Source of the DNA: Bythopirellula sp.
GTDB taxonomy: Bacteria > Planctomycetota > Planctomycetia > Pirellulales > Lacipirellulaceae
NCBI GenBank assembly: GCA_965216565.1
Contig: OZ244170.1
Location: 736,001 to 800,000 of the forward strand
DNA: 64,000 nt
Direction of reading: 5' to 3'
Below are positions 1-9,790 of the stretch, piece after piece. Positions within the stretch are counted from its first letter, which is position 1, and the number at the start of each line of letters is the position of its first letter. A program made the translations under genes and the position numbers. Below the pieces are notes generated by a model. That model was not told where the DNA came from, made no database searches, and was given only the letters and a program-made list of their open reading frames with translations.

Positions 1-41
1 ACAGCTAGCCCAAATTCACTTTTAATTCTCTCCGAGCAAAC

Positions 42-79
42 GGCCCGGACTGTCCATCCGACAGTCACGGGCCTTTTTT
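42..79 (+). terminator. Rho-independent terminator of an upstream gene outside the window
   Basis: Stem GGCCCG-GACTGTC / GACAGTC-A-CGGGCC followed by T6. Confidence 0.7.
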
Positions 80-385
80 ACGGCTCGTTTTTCTCTAAGA
101 GCCTGTATATGAAGTCTTTGCCGTAGTTTTCAAACCGCTCAGCTGGAAGTGGACACTATCGATTATGGGAGTCATGCGACTGCCTAAAAAGTGTGCAGGC
201 GGCCGAGAGGTGGGCTAGGCAGCGTTTGCCCGATTATAGGCACGCCCCGGCAATCGACGTAAGTGCAAGCAATGCAAGGACCTATGTGATGCACTTGCCC
301 GCTAGCGAAAACTTCCCCAAACACGGAGGCCATTGCGGTCTATCGGACACGACCACTCAAGCTGAATTGGAAGGAGACATCAGCC

Positions 386-1021
386 GTGCTGACTCAATCA
401 ACGGAGACCTACAGGGAAGTATTACAAGTCGCCGAGAACCTCTATCGTCAGACACCCGACTGGGTGACGTTTTTCCGGGAAGTCCTGGGAATCGACGGGG
501 CTGTTCGCAAGCGATTCCCCACTTTCGAAGAGTTGTCTGCTTTTGAGAAAAGCGACGAATTCGACCAAATCCAGAAAATGCTAGTTAAGCTTCGCGAGAA
601 GCGGACCACGGGTGATAGCGATGCGGAGCCAACCCGGGTCATCACCGTGCGACTCCCCAAGAGCATGCACGAGTACCTTCGGACCGAAGCCCACGACATG
701 CGTACTAGCATGAACAAGCTCTGCATCTCGAAGTTGCTGCAAGTGATCGGCGAGGAGATGATCCCCAACGAGCGAACAGGCGGTTCGAGTGGCGGTGGAT
801 CGAATGCCGGTGGTGGCAATACCGGCCAGGCGCCAGCCAGCGGGCTCCCTCAGCAATCGACACCTCAGCCACAGCAGAACAGTGGCATTGGGCTGCATCA
901 GCCGCCACGTCAGCAACCACCACTGCAGCAACCTCCGTTGCCGCAGACCCCGCTGACGCAATCGCCCCCGGCAGGCACCCCCTCGCCATTCAAGCCGACC
1001 AATAATCAACCACGATTCTGA
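386..1021 (+). CDS. Putative ribbon-helix-helix DNA-binding protein (HicB-antitoxin-like C-terminal motif) with Gly/Pro/Gln-rich disordered tail
   Basis: GTG start after GGAGG; motif RVITVRLPKSMHEYLRTEAHDMRTSMNKLC fits an RHH fold; low-complexity tail from about aa 130. Confidence 0.65.
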   Translation: MLTQSTETYREVLQVAENLYRQTPDWVTFFREVLGIDGAVRKRFPTFEELSAFEKSDEFDQIQKMLVKLREKRTTGDSDAEPTRVITVRLPKSMHEYLRTEAHDMRTSMNKLCISKLLQVIGEEMIPNERTGGSSGGGSNAGGGNTGQAPASGLPQQSTPQPQQNSGIGLHQPPRQQPPLQQPPLPQTPLTQSPPAGTPSPFKPTNNQPRF

Positions 1022-1062
1022 TCTTCCTTGAGAGTTCAGCATGGTCAGCACGGACGCGAACA

Positions 1063-1093
1063 GCCGCCCCTGGTTTCAGGGGCGGTTTTTTTT
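1063..1093 (+). terminator. Rho-independent terminator
   Basis: GCCGCCCCTG-gttt-CAGGGGCGGT then T-run. Confidence 0.85.
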
Positions 1094-1346
1094 GTACCAG
1101 TCTGAAGTAGGCGTCGACAGAGGGCCGCAAAGAGAAGTTCCTCAATAACCGTCAGACTACGTCTCACCGGGGCCCGAGAGAAAGTGATCCAAGGGAATAG
1201 GATAGGTGCGGCACCTACCCAACATGACTGACGCAGAGGAACAATCCGAGAGCGTCGAGAAAACAATCTCCCTTTGGTAAGATGAAACCTCGACTACTTC
1301 GCCCGAAGAGAGCCCGAAGAGAAACGACGAGAAGGAGAGCAATTCC

Positions 1347-2279
1347 ATGAGACAGTTCAAAAATATTCTGGTGGGAGTCGACTTGTCTTGGGGAGATCGG
1401 TATGTTTCCGAAAAACTTTCCGAACCCAATGCCGAAGCAGTTCGCCAGGCACTGTGGCTAGCCAAGCTGAATTCCGCTTCCGTCCACTTTCTCTTCTCTC
1501 TAGATCTGTCGGTAAAGGTTCAACAACTAATCGCAGAAAGCAATACCGACGAACCCACGGTTCTGAGCGAAGCGGCACAACAGCTCGAGGTACTAAAGAG
1601 TGAAGCACGACAGCAGGGAATCGAAGCCCAGAGCCATGTTGTAGTGGGCGAGAGTTCGATCAATATCATTCGTCAGGTTCTTCGCCAGAAACACGACTTA
1701 GTGATCGTAGGCACCCGGCACCTGGGAGCGATCCAGGGCTTGCTGCTCGGTAGTACGGGGATGACCTTGTTACGAAAGTGCCCTTGCGCGGTGTGGGTCA
1801 CGCAATCACCGTTTGGAAAACTATTCGATCATATCCTTGTTGCTCACGACCTACGACCAGTCGGCGATCTGGCAATGGAACTCGGCTGCGCCATGGCCGA
1901 GCTGCAAGAGGCTAAACTTCATGTGGTTCATGCTGCCGAATATCCCGATGACCCTAACGCGCCTGCGAGTGACGAGGCAGAAGTCAAGAAATTGTATCGC
2001 GACAAGGCACGAGCGCAGATTGATGCTCAACTCGCTACAGCCAACTTGTCTCAAGCTGCCCAAGTGAATCTCTCGGAGGAAGCTCCTGACGTTGCCATCT
2101 TGAATAGCATCGAGCAGCACGCTGTGGACCTGGTGGTGATGGGCACCGTAGGACGCACAGGAATCCCGGGGCTCATTACAGGCAACACGGCCGAACGCCT
2201 GCTGCCGCAAGTCGACTGCTCCCTGTTAGCCGTGAAGCCAGAGGATTTCGAGTCACCCGTGCAGCTTGATGAAGATTAA
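1347..2279 (+). CDS. Universal stress protein, tandem Usp domains (UspE-like)
   Basis: FKNILVGVD start, DLVIVGT..LLGST and [34 protein letters not shown] motifs; AGGAG RBS. Confidence 0.9.
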   Translation: MRQFKNILVGVDLSWGDRYVSEKLSEPNAEAVRQALWLAKLNSASVHFLFSLDLSVKVQQLIAESNTDEPTVLSEAAQQLEVLKSEARQQGIEAQSHVVVGESSINIIRQVLRQKHDLVIVGTRHLGAIQGLLLGSTGMTLLRKCPCAVWVTQSPFGKLFDHILVAHDLRPVGDLAMELGCAMAELQEAKLHVVHAAEYPDDPNAPASDEAEVKKLYRDKARAQIDAQLATANLSQAAQVNLSEEAPDVAILNSIEQHAVDLVVMGTVGRTGIPGLITGNTAERLLPQVDCSLLAVKPEDFESPVQLDED

Positions 2280-2384
2280 AAAGACCTGCAACGAATCGCC
2301 ATCGAAGCGGGTACTCGCTTTATAGATAGCAGCCAATAGCCGCGAATCGCCGATTCGCCGGTTAAGTTGGGTAGAGAAAGAAAT

Positions 2385-2519
2385 TAGAAGCAGTTACAAA
2401 AATAGAAATCACGACTTTTGAGCCGACGGCGCTAGCCGCGGGCAGCAGGAGCGTTGATGTTAATTCGAGTTCAGCCCGCGGCTAGCGCCGTCGGCTCACT
2501 ATTTCTGAAACTGCTTCTA
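2385..2519. mobile_element. Non-autonomous MITE-like element, 135 bp
   Basis: 21-bp terminal inverted repeats (19/21 match) enclosing a perfect 25-bp inverted repeat (2419-2443 / 2474-2498). Confidence 0.6.
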
Positions 2520-2571
2520 GAAATATCCTCGACAGATCCATAGCTCGATCTAACTTGACCATTATATCAAA

Positions 2572-3102
2572 CTATTCCTCGGTACTACCATCTGCAGAAA
2601 ACTCAAGGACATTCTCCGGCTCTCTATCACGGCCAAGTCTTAGCTTCGACAAATTTGAGAACGTATTCTGTTGCCCCATGTAAAAACTGTATTCCGAAAA
2701 AATCATATCGTTTATTAAGCCACTACCTTGAAAATTGCCTACTTCTTTGCTGATGCGGTCGTTGATCTGCGTTCTTAGAGAGGCCAAGTGAGGATCGCAA
2801 TTCTCTTCGTACGGAATTTCCTAGATTGTTGAGATAATGTGATGTCGGATTGCCTGCTGTCTGGCCCGTGTTCTTTCTTTAAGAATGTCGTAGTAGTTAG
2901 TTGAAGCATACAATTTGAATTTACAATGATGCGTAATGTCACCTTCTCTCGTTGGGATGTGATAGCTACCAAGGTGAAGCTCACGAGGTAAAGAATGATA
3001 GTAGAGATATCGGTTAAAAAAGAACGCTACTATTCCTGCAATTGTCATCAGGACCAAAAGCGACTTTAAGCTGTAACGGAGGCGCGAGCTTGATTTGATC
3101 AT
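2572..3102 (-). pseudogene. FliL-like single-pass membrane protein interrupted by one in-frame TAG at 2821-2823
   Basis: ORFs 2821-3156 and 2572-2787 share a frame and are joined by EIPYEENCDPH; the combined sequence fits a FliL-like pattern (IRHHII..*E..EE.CDPHLASLRTQINDRIS...INDMIFSEYSF). Confidence 0.55.
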
Positions 3103-3592
3103 TGAAAAGTCTCTCGGAGAATTGAATCGTCTAGTAATCCGACAAGATTCAGTCAAGAGAGCAATATTGACTAAGGTATTCTGGGTGTTCTCCCCGAATC
3201 CCGCACGCCCGCGACGTCAACTCCCAATTCTTAAGCCACTTCGAACTAAGCCGGCACACAACTTGTAGTGGAACAGCAAAAAGCTTTCACACAAAATTGC
3301 GTCGGCCGAACCTCTTCCCGCTTGTGCGTCTGCCCCCCTCGCACCACAAGATATGCCTCCCCACTTTCGGAGGCATTTGCAAGATACACGGGAAATTCGA
3401 TCCCCAGTCAAAAAACAAACGAAGAAGCCGCCGCTCGGAGCTGGTCTAGCTTTCAACTTGCTTCTATCTATCACAAGGCCTGACCAAATCTGAGACTCTG
3501 TCTTTGGTCATTACCTACACAGCCCGGCGACGCGTAGCGTTGCGATCATCCCCTCGATCCCCAATCCTCGCTCCTCACCCCTCAAAAAAAAA

Positions 3593-4054
3593 CCCCAGAG
3601 AGGACCGATAAGCCGGGTCTTGTTGCAACGCTCGCGCGTCGCCGGCGATCATTCATCTAGGACACCGATTGCTCGGCATCTCAAGCGTCCTACCCGAGAG
3701 TCGTAACGAGCCGGACCGGCTCTGCTCTCTGCTTGGACTTGCACCGGGTGGGGTTTACCGAGCCAACCGAGTCACCTCGATTGCTGGTGCGCTCTTACCG
3801 CACCTTTTCACCCTTACCTGTGAAGCTGTCAGCTTTCGGCGTTCAGCTTTCAGCTTCATGTCGGGGAAGTTCCCGGTGACTGAGAGCTGACCGCTGAACG
3901 CTGAGAGCTGACAGCTCCCATCGGCGGTTTGTTTTCTGCGGCACTATCCCTGACCTTGCGGTCGGTGGACGTTATCCACCACCCTGTCCTGCGGTGCCCG
4001 GACTTTCCTCCCGTTCGCCGAGGCGAACCGGCGATCACCTGGTCCTCTCTGGGG
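3593..4054 (-). ncRNA. rnpB: RNase P RNA, bacterial type A, with extended P12
   Basis: Minus strand has GAGGAAAGTCCGGGC near the 5' end and ACAAGACCCGGCTTAT near the 3' end; ends pair (CCCCAGAGAGGACC / GGTCCTCTCTGGGG) as P1. Confidence 0.97.
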
Positions 4055-4201
4055 ACTCTATTAATGGTACGTTTCGCGAGGTGTTTCCGCAAATTGGATT
4101 CTAATCGGTAGGACGCGGTTACTTCTCCGTTTGCTCGCGCTTGCCTAGAATTTCTGCAGGCTGTCACTCATCTCCCCTCTTCTCAAAATGGAACAGCAGC
4201 C

Positions 4202-5488
4202 ATGGAAATGACTTCTCCTGCGCAAGAACCGCGTATGCCAATTCAATTTGGCTTGAAGACCCTTCTGGCAATCACCGCGGTAAGTTGTCTCATTCTTGTG
4301 CCCTACCAATGGTTCGGGGTGCTTTACCTCATCTCGGCGGGCGTATCTACCCTACTGATCTATGTATGTGTGAGAAGCTACTGGCAGAAAAAGTCTGCCC
4401 AAACCATCTGTACCGCGATCGTCGGGACTCTGCTGGGCGTGATGTGTGGCATTGGGTCGATCACTTTCTTCTTCCACGGTGTGGCAAATTTCTTTGCGGT
4501 GCTATTAGGAATCGGAGTCGGAGTCCGCCCGCGGACTATGGCGGTGATGCTACTCACAACTGTGCTTGGTGTTTACGGATTTGCCTTCCTCAGTGCTTAC
4601 AACGAATATCTGAATATTGAGCAAATGCGGCGGGACTATCCGATTGTGTCGCTTGCCGATCGATTAGAATTCGACCCGCCGGATAGAGTGTTGCATGATG
4701 CTGAGGCCACCAAGGAATTGTTCTATTCTCTGCCGGTAATGCAGACACTAAAGGATCGCGAACAAGTGGCTTCCAGGTACGGCTATCGTGACTCGATGTT
4801 GGAGAGGCTCCATCACGATGTCTCGTTGCAATTCACCGTGGCTGCGGGGTTCGGCTTTGCTCGCATGGCCTTTGTGAGACCCGGATACATTGATATCGAG
4901 ACGCCGCCCGCCATTTCGCTATCTCAACCCATGGAATTAACTAACCAACATATCGACTCAGGAACGAGAGCAGTCGGCGACAAATTGCACAATATAGTTG
5001 TCAATGACTTTCTCGATTCAGAGATGATGGGCTATGTGTCGTCGCACCGAATGGCAGCCGGCTTCGAGCCGCACGGATTCCGTTCCTTGGAAAGCGACAT
5101 TGAGCCATGCGGCACAGCCACGAGGGAGTGGCGTTTGGTACGACTGGAACTCGTCAGTCTCTTGCGGCACGACTCACCGCGGGTTTACGTCTCCGATACT
5201 CTGCCCACGATGGACGAGCTGGAAGAGATTCCGCACCGCGATCTGGGCGACTTCGAGGTGACTGCTCTCGCTCAGCTACGCTTTCAAAAAGATCTAGTTG
5301 CGGAGGAGCAAGAGGATCGGATTGTGATGTTGGGAGCCCTGCGTGCAAACTCCGACTGCCTGCAGTGCCACTCGGGCGAGCGGGGACGACTCCTTGGTGC
5401 TTTCTCCTACGAACTGATCAAGTTGAACGAGAATTCCAAGGAGAAGGCAGCGACAAAGGACTCTTCGTCCTTATCGGTGGCGCTATAG
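4202..5488 (+). CDS. Membrane protein with C-terminal single-heme c motif (DUF3365-like domain)
   Basis: Several N-terminal TM segments; LRANSDCLQCH..LLGAFSYEL CxxCH motif. Confidence 0.7.
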   Translation: MEMTSPAQEPRMPIQFGLKTLLAITAVSCLILVPYQWFGVLYLISAGVSTLLIYVCVRSYWQKKSAQTICTAIVGTLLGVMCGIGSITFFFHGVANFFAVLLGIGVGVRPRTMAVMLLTTVLGVYGFAFLSAYNEYLNIEQMRRDYPIVSLADRLEFDPPDRVLHDAEATKELFYSLPVMQTLKDREQVASRYGYRDSMLERLHHDVSLQFTVAAGFGFARMAFVRPGYIDIETPPAISLSQPMELTNQHIDSGTRAVGDKLHNIVVNDFLDSEMMGYVSSHRMAAGFEPHGFRSLESDIEPCGTATREWRLVRLELVSLLRHDSPRVYVSDTLPTMDELEEIPHRDLGDFEVTALAQLRFQKDLVAEEQEDRIVMLGALRANSDCLQCHSGERGRLLGAFSYELIKLNENSKEKAATKDSSSLSVAL

Positions 5489-5489
5489 A

Positions 5490-6971
5490 TTACTCCGCCC
5501 GATATTGCACCAGCACATTCCATACTTTGTGTCGGAGATCAAAGACCGGTTTGGCGCGACCAAGATAGCCATTCGCTAAGAGCGAAAAGGCAAGCTGTCG
5601 ATCATCGAGCGTTTCTATATAGCCAGAAATGGTCGACACGCCACTCATCCCCCCTGGCTTCGCGTGGACGCGGATTGCATCGAATTCTTCTGCGGGTTGA
5701 TCAGGCCAATGGATCTTCTTGAGTTTCAATTCATATTCAGGCAGGGCTTTGAAGAACGTCTCGTAATGTTCGTGCTCACGCATATGAGCGAGCAACTTCA
5801 CCGAGGAGTCGGCTGAAATGAGGCTATAGCGAGACAGTCCCGAGCCATCGACCAGTCGGAAGGAACCAGGTTCGAGCCCGGCGTGCTTTGTCAACCAACT
5901 GGTGATTGCCTTCGCGCCGTCCGACCACTTCGGTTGGTCCGTACCGTGGGCGATGGCGATCTCGTGTAGCAGCACTTCACCGATGGCGTTTTCACTCTTA
6001 TGGTTAAAATGACGGAGGGTCTTGGAGAGTGATTGGCCTTGAAAAGTGATCTCGTCAATAACTTTCTTCCCTTTTGTCCCTCTTCCTACCAGTTCTCCTC
6101 TCTTGTTTCTCCTCGCAAACAAATCATCAGTAACTTCCACGGATCGCTGTTCAAGTAAATCTTGAAAGACACTGGCGATCCAGCGTCCAGGATCATGAGG
6201 GGTGAGCCTGGGCGTCTCATCTTTCTCCAGTGAATCGAGGTATTCCTTCACATCCCCACTCTTAGCGAGCAGAATTGGATCAGTTCCCGGTTCCCGCCAA
6301 AAAAGTCTGTCTCCGGGGAGAGATCCTGGATTAACAGACTCAATGTACGGGTACGCAGCGGCTAGGGTTTTGCGTGCCGAAAGTTGACCCTCGAGCTCCT
6401 GCGACAGTTTTAACTCGAGGACATTGAAGTCCAGCATCAAAGGCGTCACTGGCATGTTGTAGTAGTCTGGGTCATCGTCCCACATCCAACCTGGACCTTT
6501 TTGAGGTGGGGCATAGCGAGAATTATCGACGCGCACTCCGTGAGTGATCTGCTTGAGTTGCCACTTCTCTACCGCTTGATCCGCCAGAGTGTTAAGGTCC
6601 TCGGCCGAGAACATGGCATCACCGCCACCCACCAACACGAGCTCGCCCTTGAGCACACCTTGGTCGAGAGTTCCGACGGCCTGCAACGTCGTGGTAAATC
6701 GATGATTGGGACCGAATGTATCGAGCGCGCAGGCCGAGGTGTAGATCTTAAGATTCGAAGCAGGCGTCATTAACCGATCCCCACCGCGATCATAGAGAAC
6801 ATCTCCCGACTTGAAATCGACAACCTTGAGAGCGACCGTTGTCCTTCGCGCCGTCGAGTGCTGGTCGATGGTAGCATCGAGCGTGGCTTGAAGAGCATCA
6901 CGGTCTAGCGGTTCCGCACAGAGAGAGCAAGCTAACGCGCAGTAAATCAAAGTGACGGAAAGATATCTCAT
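5490..6971 (-). CDS. dacB: D-Ala-D-Ala carboxypeptidase/endopeptidase, peptidase S13 (PBP4)
   Basis: Signal peptide; PASNLK (SxxK), GGGDAM, KSEN (SxN), DGSGLSR; third motif reads KPG; start overlaps the upstream stop (ATGA). Confidence 0.9.
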   Translation of the reverse strand: MRYLSVTLIYCALACSLCAEPLDRDALQATLDATIDQHSTARRTTVALKVVDFKSGDVLYDRGGDRLMTPASNLKIYTSACALDTFGPNHRFTTTLQAVGTLDQGVLKGELVLVGGGDAMFSAEDLNTLADQAVEKWQLKQITHGVRVDNSRYAPPQKGPGWMWDDDPDYYNMPVTPLMLDFNVLELKLSQELEGQLSARKTLAAAYPYIESVNPGSLPGDRLFWREPGTDPILLAKSGDVKEYLDSLEKDETPRLTPHDPGRWIASVFQDLLEQRSVEVTDDLFARRNKRGELVGRGTKGKKVIDEITFQGQSLSKTLRHFNHKSENAIGEVLLHEIAIAHGTDQPKWSDGAKAITSWLTKHAGLEPGSFRLVDGSGLSRYSLISADSSVKLLAHMREHEHYETFFKALPEYELKLKKIHWPDQPAEEFDAIRVHAKPGGMSGVSTISGYIETLDDRQLAFSLLANGYLGRAKPVFDLRHKVWNVLVQYRAE

Positions 6972-7939
6972 ACTTGGAACTCTTTCCCTTGCCAAGTGTC
7001 TCGGCGCTCAAACTCCGCCTCAATCGCAGCCTTGACGGCTGGTTTGTCGAGGCACCATTCAGGACCCACGAAATAGTCGGGTGGGGCATCTCCGCTGATT
7101 CGCTCTACCACCATCGAGGGCGGCAGGAGTTCTAGAAAATCGACAACTGCGGCGACGTAATCGTCACGTTCCATCAATTTGACTTCGCCGGCTGCCACTT
7201 GTTCTGCGAGTGCCGTGTTCTTTACGCAGTAGAGATTGTGGATCTTAACCGCGTCGATGTTCACTCGCGCCAACTCCCGGGCTGTGGCCATCATGTCGGC
7301 GTGGGATTCACCAGGCAAACCTAGGATCGCGTGGGCACAGATCTCAAAGCCCCGTCCGCGACTTCGCTCGACCGCATCAAGAAACGAATCGTGATGGTGG
7401 CCTCGATTCATCCAGTCCAGCGAACGATCGTGGATCGTTTGCATGCCGTATTCGACGGAAAGATAAGTGTTCTGGGCGAGTTCTTCCAACAGGTCGAGTA
7501 CCTCGTCGGGGACGCAGTCACTTCGCGTGCCAATCGCCAAACCAACGACTTGCGGGTGCGCCAGTGCCTGCTCGTAAAGGGGGCGAAGCTTCTCAACAGG
7601 TGCGTAGGTATTGGTGGCAGGTTGGAAGTACGCTAGGAATTTTCGACAATTCTTGTAACGCTTTCGCATTCGCGCGATGCTTTGATCGATCTGTCCAAAG
7701 ATGTCGGCCCGTGGCAGGCGACGACTCGGACTAAAGCTACGGTTGTCGCAAAACGTACATCCTCCTTTGGCGACTGTGCCGTCGACGTTTGGGCAAGTGA
7801 ACCCGGCATCGAGACTTACCTTCTGGACACGGCAGCCAAAACGTTCGCGGAGTACCAGGCTGTAGGCCTGATATCTATGGCCCATTTCGCGCCATTTGTG
7901 CCTTTTACTGCAGGAATTAGGTGTGTTGGTTGACGACAC
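6968..7939 (-). CDS. Radical SAM protein, TIGR01212/YhcC family
   Basis: KVSLDAGFTCPNVDG..GGCTFC, YFQPATNTY, IGTRSDC, KIHNL. Confidence 0.92.
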   Translation of the reverse strand: MSSTNTPNSCSKRHKWREMGHRYQAYSLVLRERFGCRVQKVSLDAGFTCPNVDGTVAKGGCTFCDNRSFSPSRRLPRADIFGQIDQSIARMRKRYKNCRKFLAYFQPATNTYAPVEKLRPLYEQALAHPQVVGLAIGTRSDCVPDEVLDLLEELAQNTYLSVEYGMQTIHDRSLDWMNRGHHHDSFLDAVERSRGRGFEICAHAILGLPGESHADMMATARELARVNIDAVKIHNLYCVKNTALAEQVAAGEVKLMERDDYVAAVVDFLELLPPSMVVERISGDAPPDYFVGPEWCLDKPAVKAAIEAEFERRDTWQGKEFQV

Positions 7940-8077
7940 GAAATGGATTGCCTAGAGTGAAATGTAGGATTTGGGTGACAGGAGCCGGCCAGCGAGTCGC
8001 TCGGAGTCCGCAGACAGTCCTTATCGTTCCCGTTTTTATTCTGGGGCACAGTTTATCCAATTTAAGAGTATCTAGCT

Positions 8078-8569
8078 ATGTATGGTGAATTGATTCCGCT
8101 TGGAGGCGGCGATCCGATCCCATTGATCAAGAAACAACTTCTTATCGGTCGTCGCGAAAGCTGCGATATTGTCCTGAGATTTGCCAACGTCTCAGCCCAC
8201 CATTGTCAGCTGTTCGTTAACGGTGGCTATTGGTATGTCCGCGATATGCAGAGCCGAAACGGCGTAAAAGTCAACGGCGTCCGCGTGCAGGAAAAGCGGA
8301 TTGATCCGGGTGACTCCGTATTTGTGGCGAAGCATAAGTACGAGTTGGACTATTCGCCCGCCGATTTGGGCGCGGTGGGTCCACCACCGGCAGACGATCT
8401 TCCTGCTGAGATTATGACCGAATCGTTGCTCGCCCGAGCAGGACTACGGTCGAGTGGGCCCGACAGTAAAGACAAGCCTGCCGGCCGCACAGATAAGTAC
8501 AACACAAAGCGGTACGATGTCATGGACAACAGCGCGGGGCAGATTAAGCTTCCCGACGATCCAGTTTAA
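8078..8569 (+). CDS. FHA domain protein
   Basis: IGRRESCDI..NVSAHHC..DMQSRNGVKVNG. Confidence 0.9.
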   Translation: MYGELIPLGGGDPIPLIKKQLLIGRRESCDIVLRFANVSAHHCQLFVNGGYWYVRDMQSRNGVKVNGVRVQEKRIDPGDSVFVAKHKYELDYSPADLGAVGPPPADDLPAEIMTESLLARAGLRSSGPDSKDKPAGRTDKYNTKRYDVMDNSAGQIKLPDDPV

Positions 8570-8629
8570 GCGTTCGTTCCCTAATCACTGGAAGCCGCGG
8601 GCAGAGGAAGACTGGTTCTCCGCTTATTT

Positions 8630-9766
8630 ATGGCGAAGAAAAAAAAGAACAGACTTCGAGCCGAGTTCCGAAAGAATCGGAACGTTCGTACCCGGGTTAA
8701 CGATCTCACGAAGAAGTTCGACCAAAATCAAGAATCGGTCGAGGATCTGCGCTCCCATCAAAGTGTCAGTGGCAAAGGGGAGCTTACCCGCAAACGCACT
8801 CTAGCAGGCGCGGAGGTCGCGGAAGATGCGTCTGGGGCCATTGTGTTGCCGGAGATCGACGAGCAGCTCTGCGAACGCGGTCGAGTTCTTCGTGTCCAGG
8901 GATTGGTGAGCACTGTCCTATGCGAAGATGGAATCACGCGGCAGTGTGCCACACGCCGATTGCTGAAGACACTTCAGACGGATCAACGGCACGTTGTGGC
9001 CGCGGGAGATATCGTGTGGGTTCGCCCCGAGGGCGACTCTGAGGGCATTATCGAACGTGTTGAGCCACGCCAGGGAGTGTTAGCCCGGAGCAGTCGTGGT
9101 CGACAACAATTGTTAGTGGCCAATGTCGATCAATTCTTGATCGTTACTAGCGCTGCTCAGCCACGACTCAAGCCAGGATTGTTGGATCGATACTTGGTCA
9201 CTGCAGAGCGGGCAGATATCGAGCCCATCTTGTGTATTAACAAGGTCGATCTCGTCGAGCGTGGCGACTTGCAACCCTTGGTGGGCGTTTATAGCCAACT
9301 CGGCTATCGGGTAGTATTGCTCTCGGCCACGAAAGGCTGGGGAATTGACCAATTACGTTGGCTTCTCAAGGGGCGACAATCTGTGCTGACGGGGCAAAGT
9401 GGCGTTGGCAAATCTAGCCTACTTAACACGGTCGACCCCGCACTAGAACTTCGAGTGCAGACAGTGAGCAACGAAACTGAGAAGGGACGTCACACAACAA
9501 CCACGGCAGAACTAATCCCGCTATCGTACGGCGGCTTTGTGGTGGACACCCCCGGTATCCGCCAACTACAGCTTTGGGATGTGATTCCCGAGGAAGTGGC
9601 TGGCTTCTTCCGCGATTTGCGGCCCTATGTCAGCGATTGCCGTTATCCCGATTGTACGCACACTCACGAGGAACCGTGTGCCGTGAAGGACGCAGTTGCT
9701 GATGGGTATATCGATGTGCGCCGCTATGAGAGTTATCTCAAAATTCACGCCGGCGACGAAGCCTAG
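8630..9766 (+). CDS. rsgA: Ribosome small subunit-dependent GTPase A
   Basis: Circularly permuted GTPase motifs NKVD, GQSGVGKSSLLN, GRHTTT, DTPG; Zn motif CRYPDCTHTHEEPC. Confidence 0.95.
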   Translation: MAKKKKNRLRAEFRKNRNVRTRVNDLTKKFDQNQESVEDLRSHQSVSGKGELTRKRTLAGAEVAEDASGAIVLPEIDEQLCERGRVLRVQGLVSTVLCEDGITRQCATRRLLKTLQTDQRHVVAAGDIVWVRPEGDSEGIIERVEPRQGVLARSSRGRQQLLVANVDQFLIVTSAAQPRLKPGLLDRYLVTAERADIEPILCINKVDLVERGDLQPLVGVYSQLGYRVVLLSATKGWGIDQLRWLLKGRQSVLTGQSGVGKSSLLNTVDPALELRVQTVSNETEKGRHTTTTAELIPLSYGGFVVDTPGIRQLQLWDVIPEEVAGFFRDLRPYVSDCRYPDCTHTHEEPCAVKDAVADGYIDVRRYESYLKIHAGDEA

Positions 9767-9790
9767 GCAGCGTACCCCAGAAAATGCAGC

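Noticed and set aside
3669..4167. Short ORFs overlapping 3593-4054
   Set aside because: They overlap the RNase P RNA gene and are spurious
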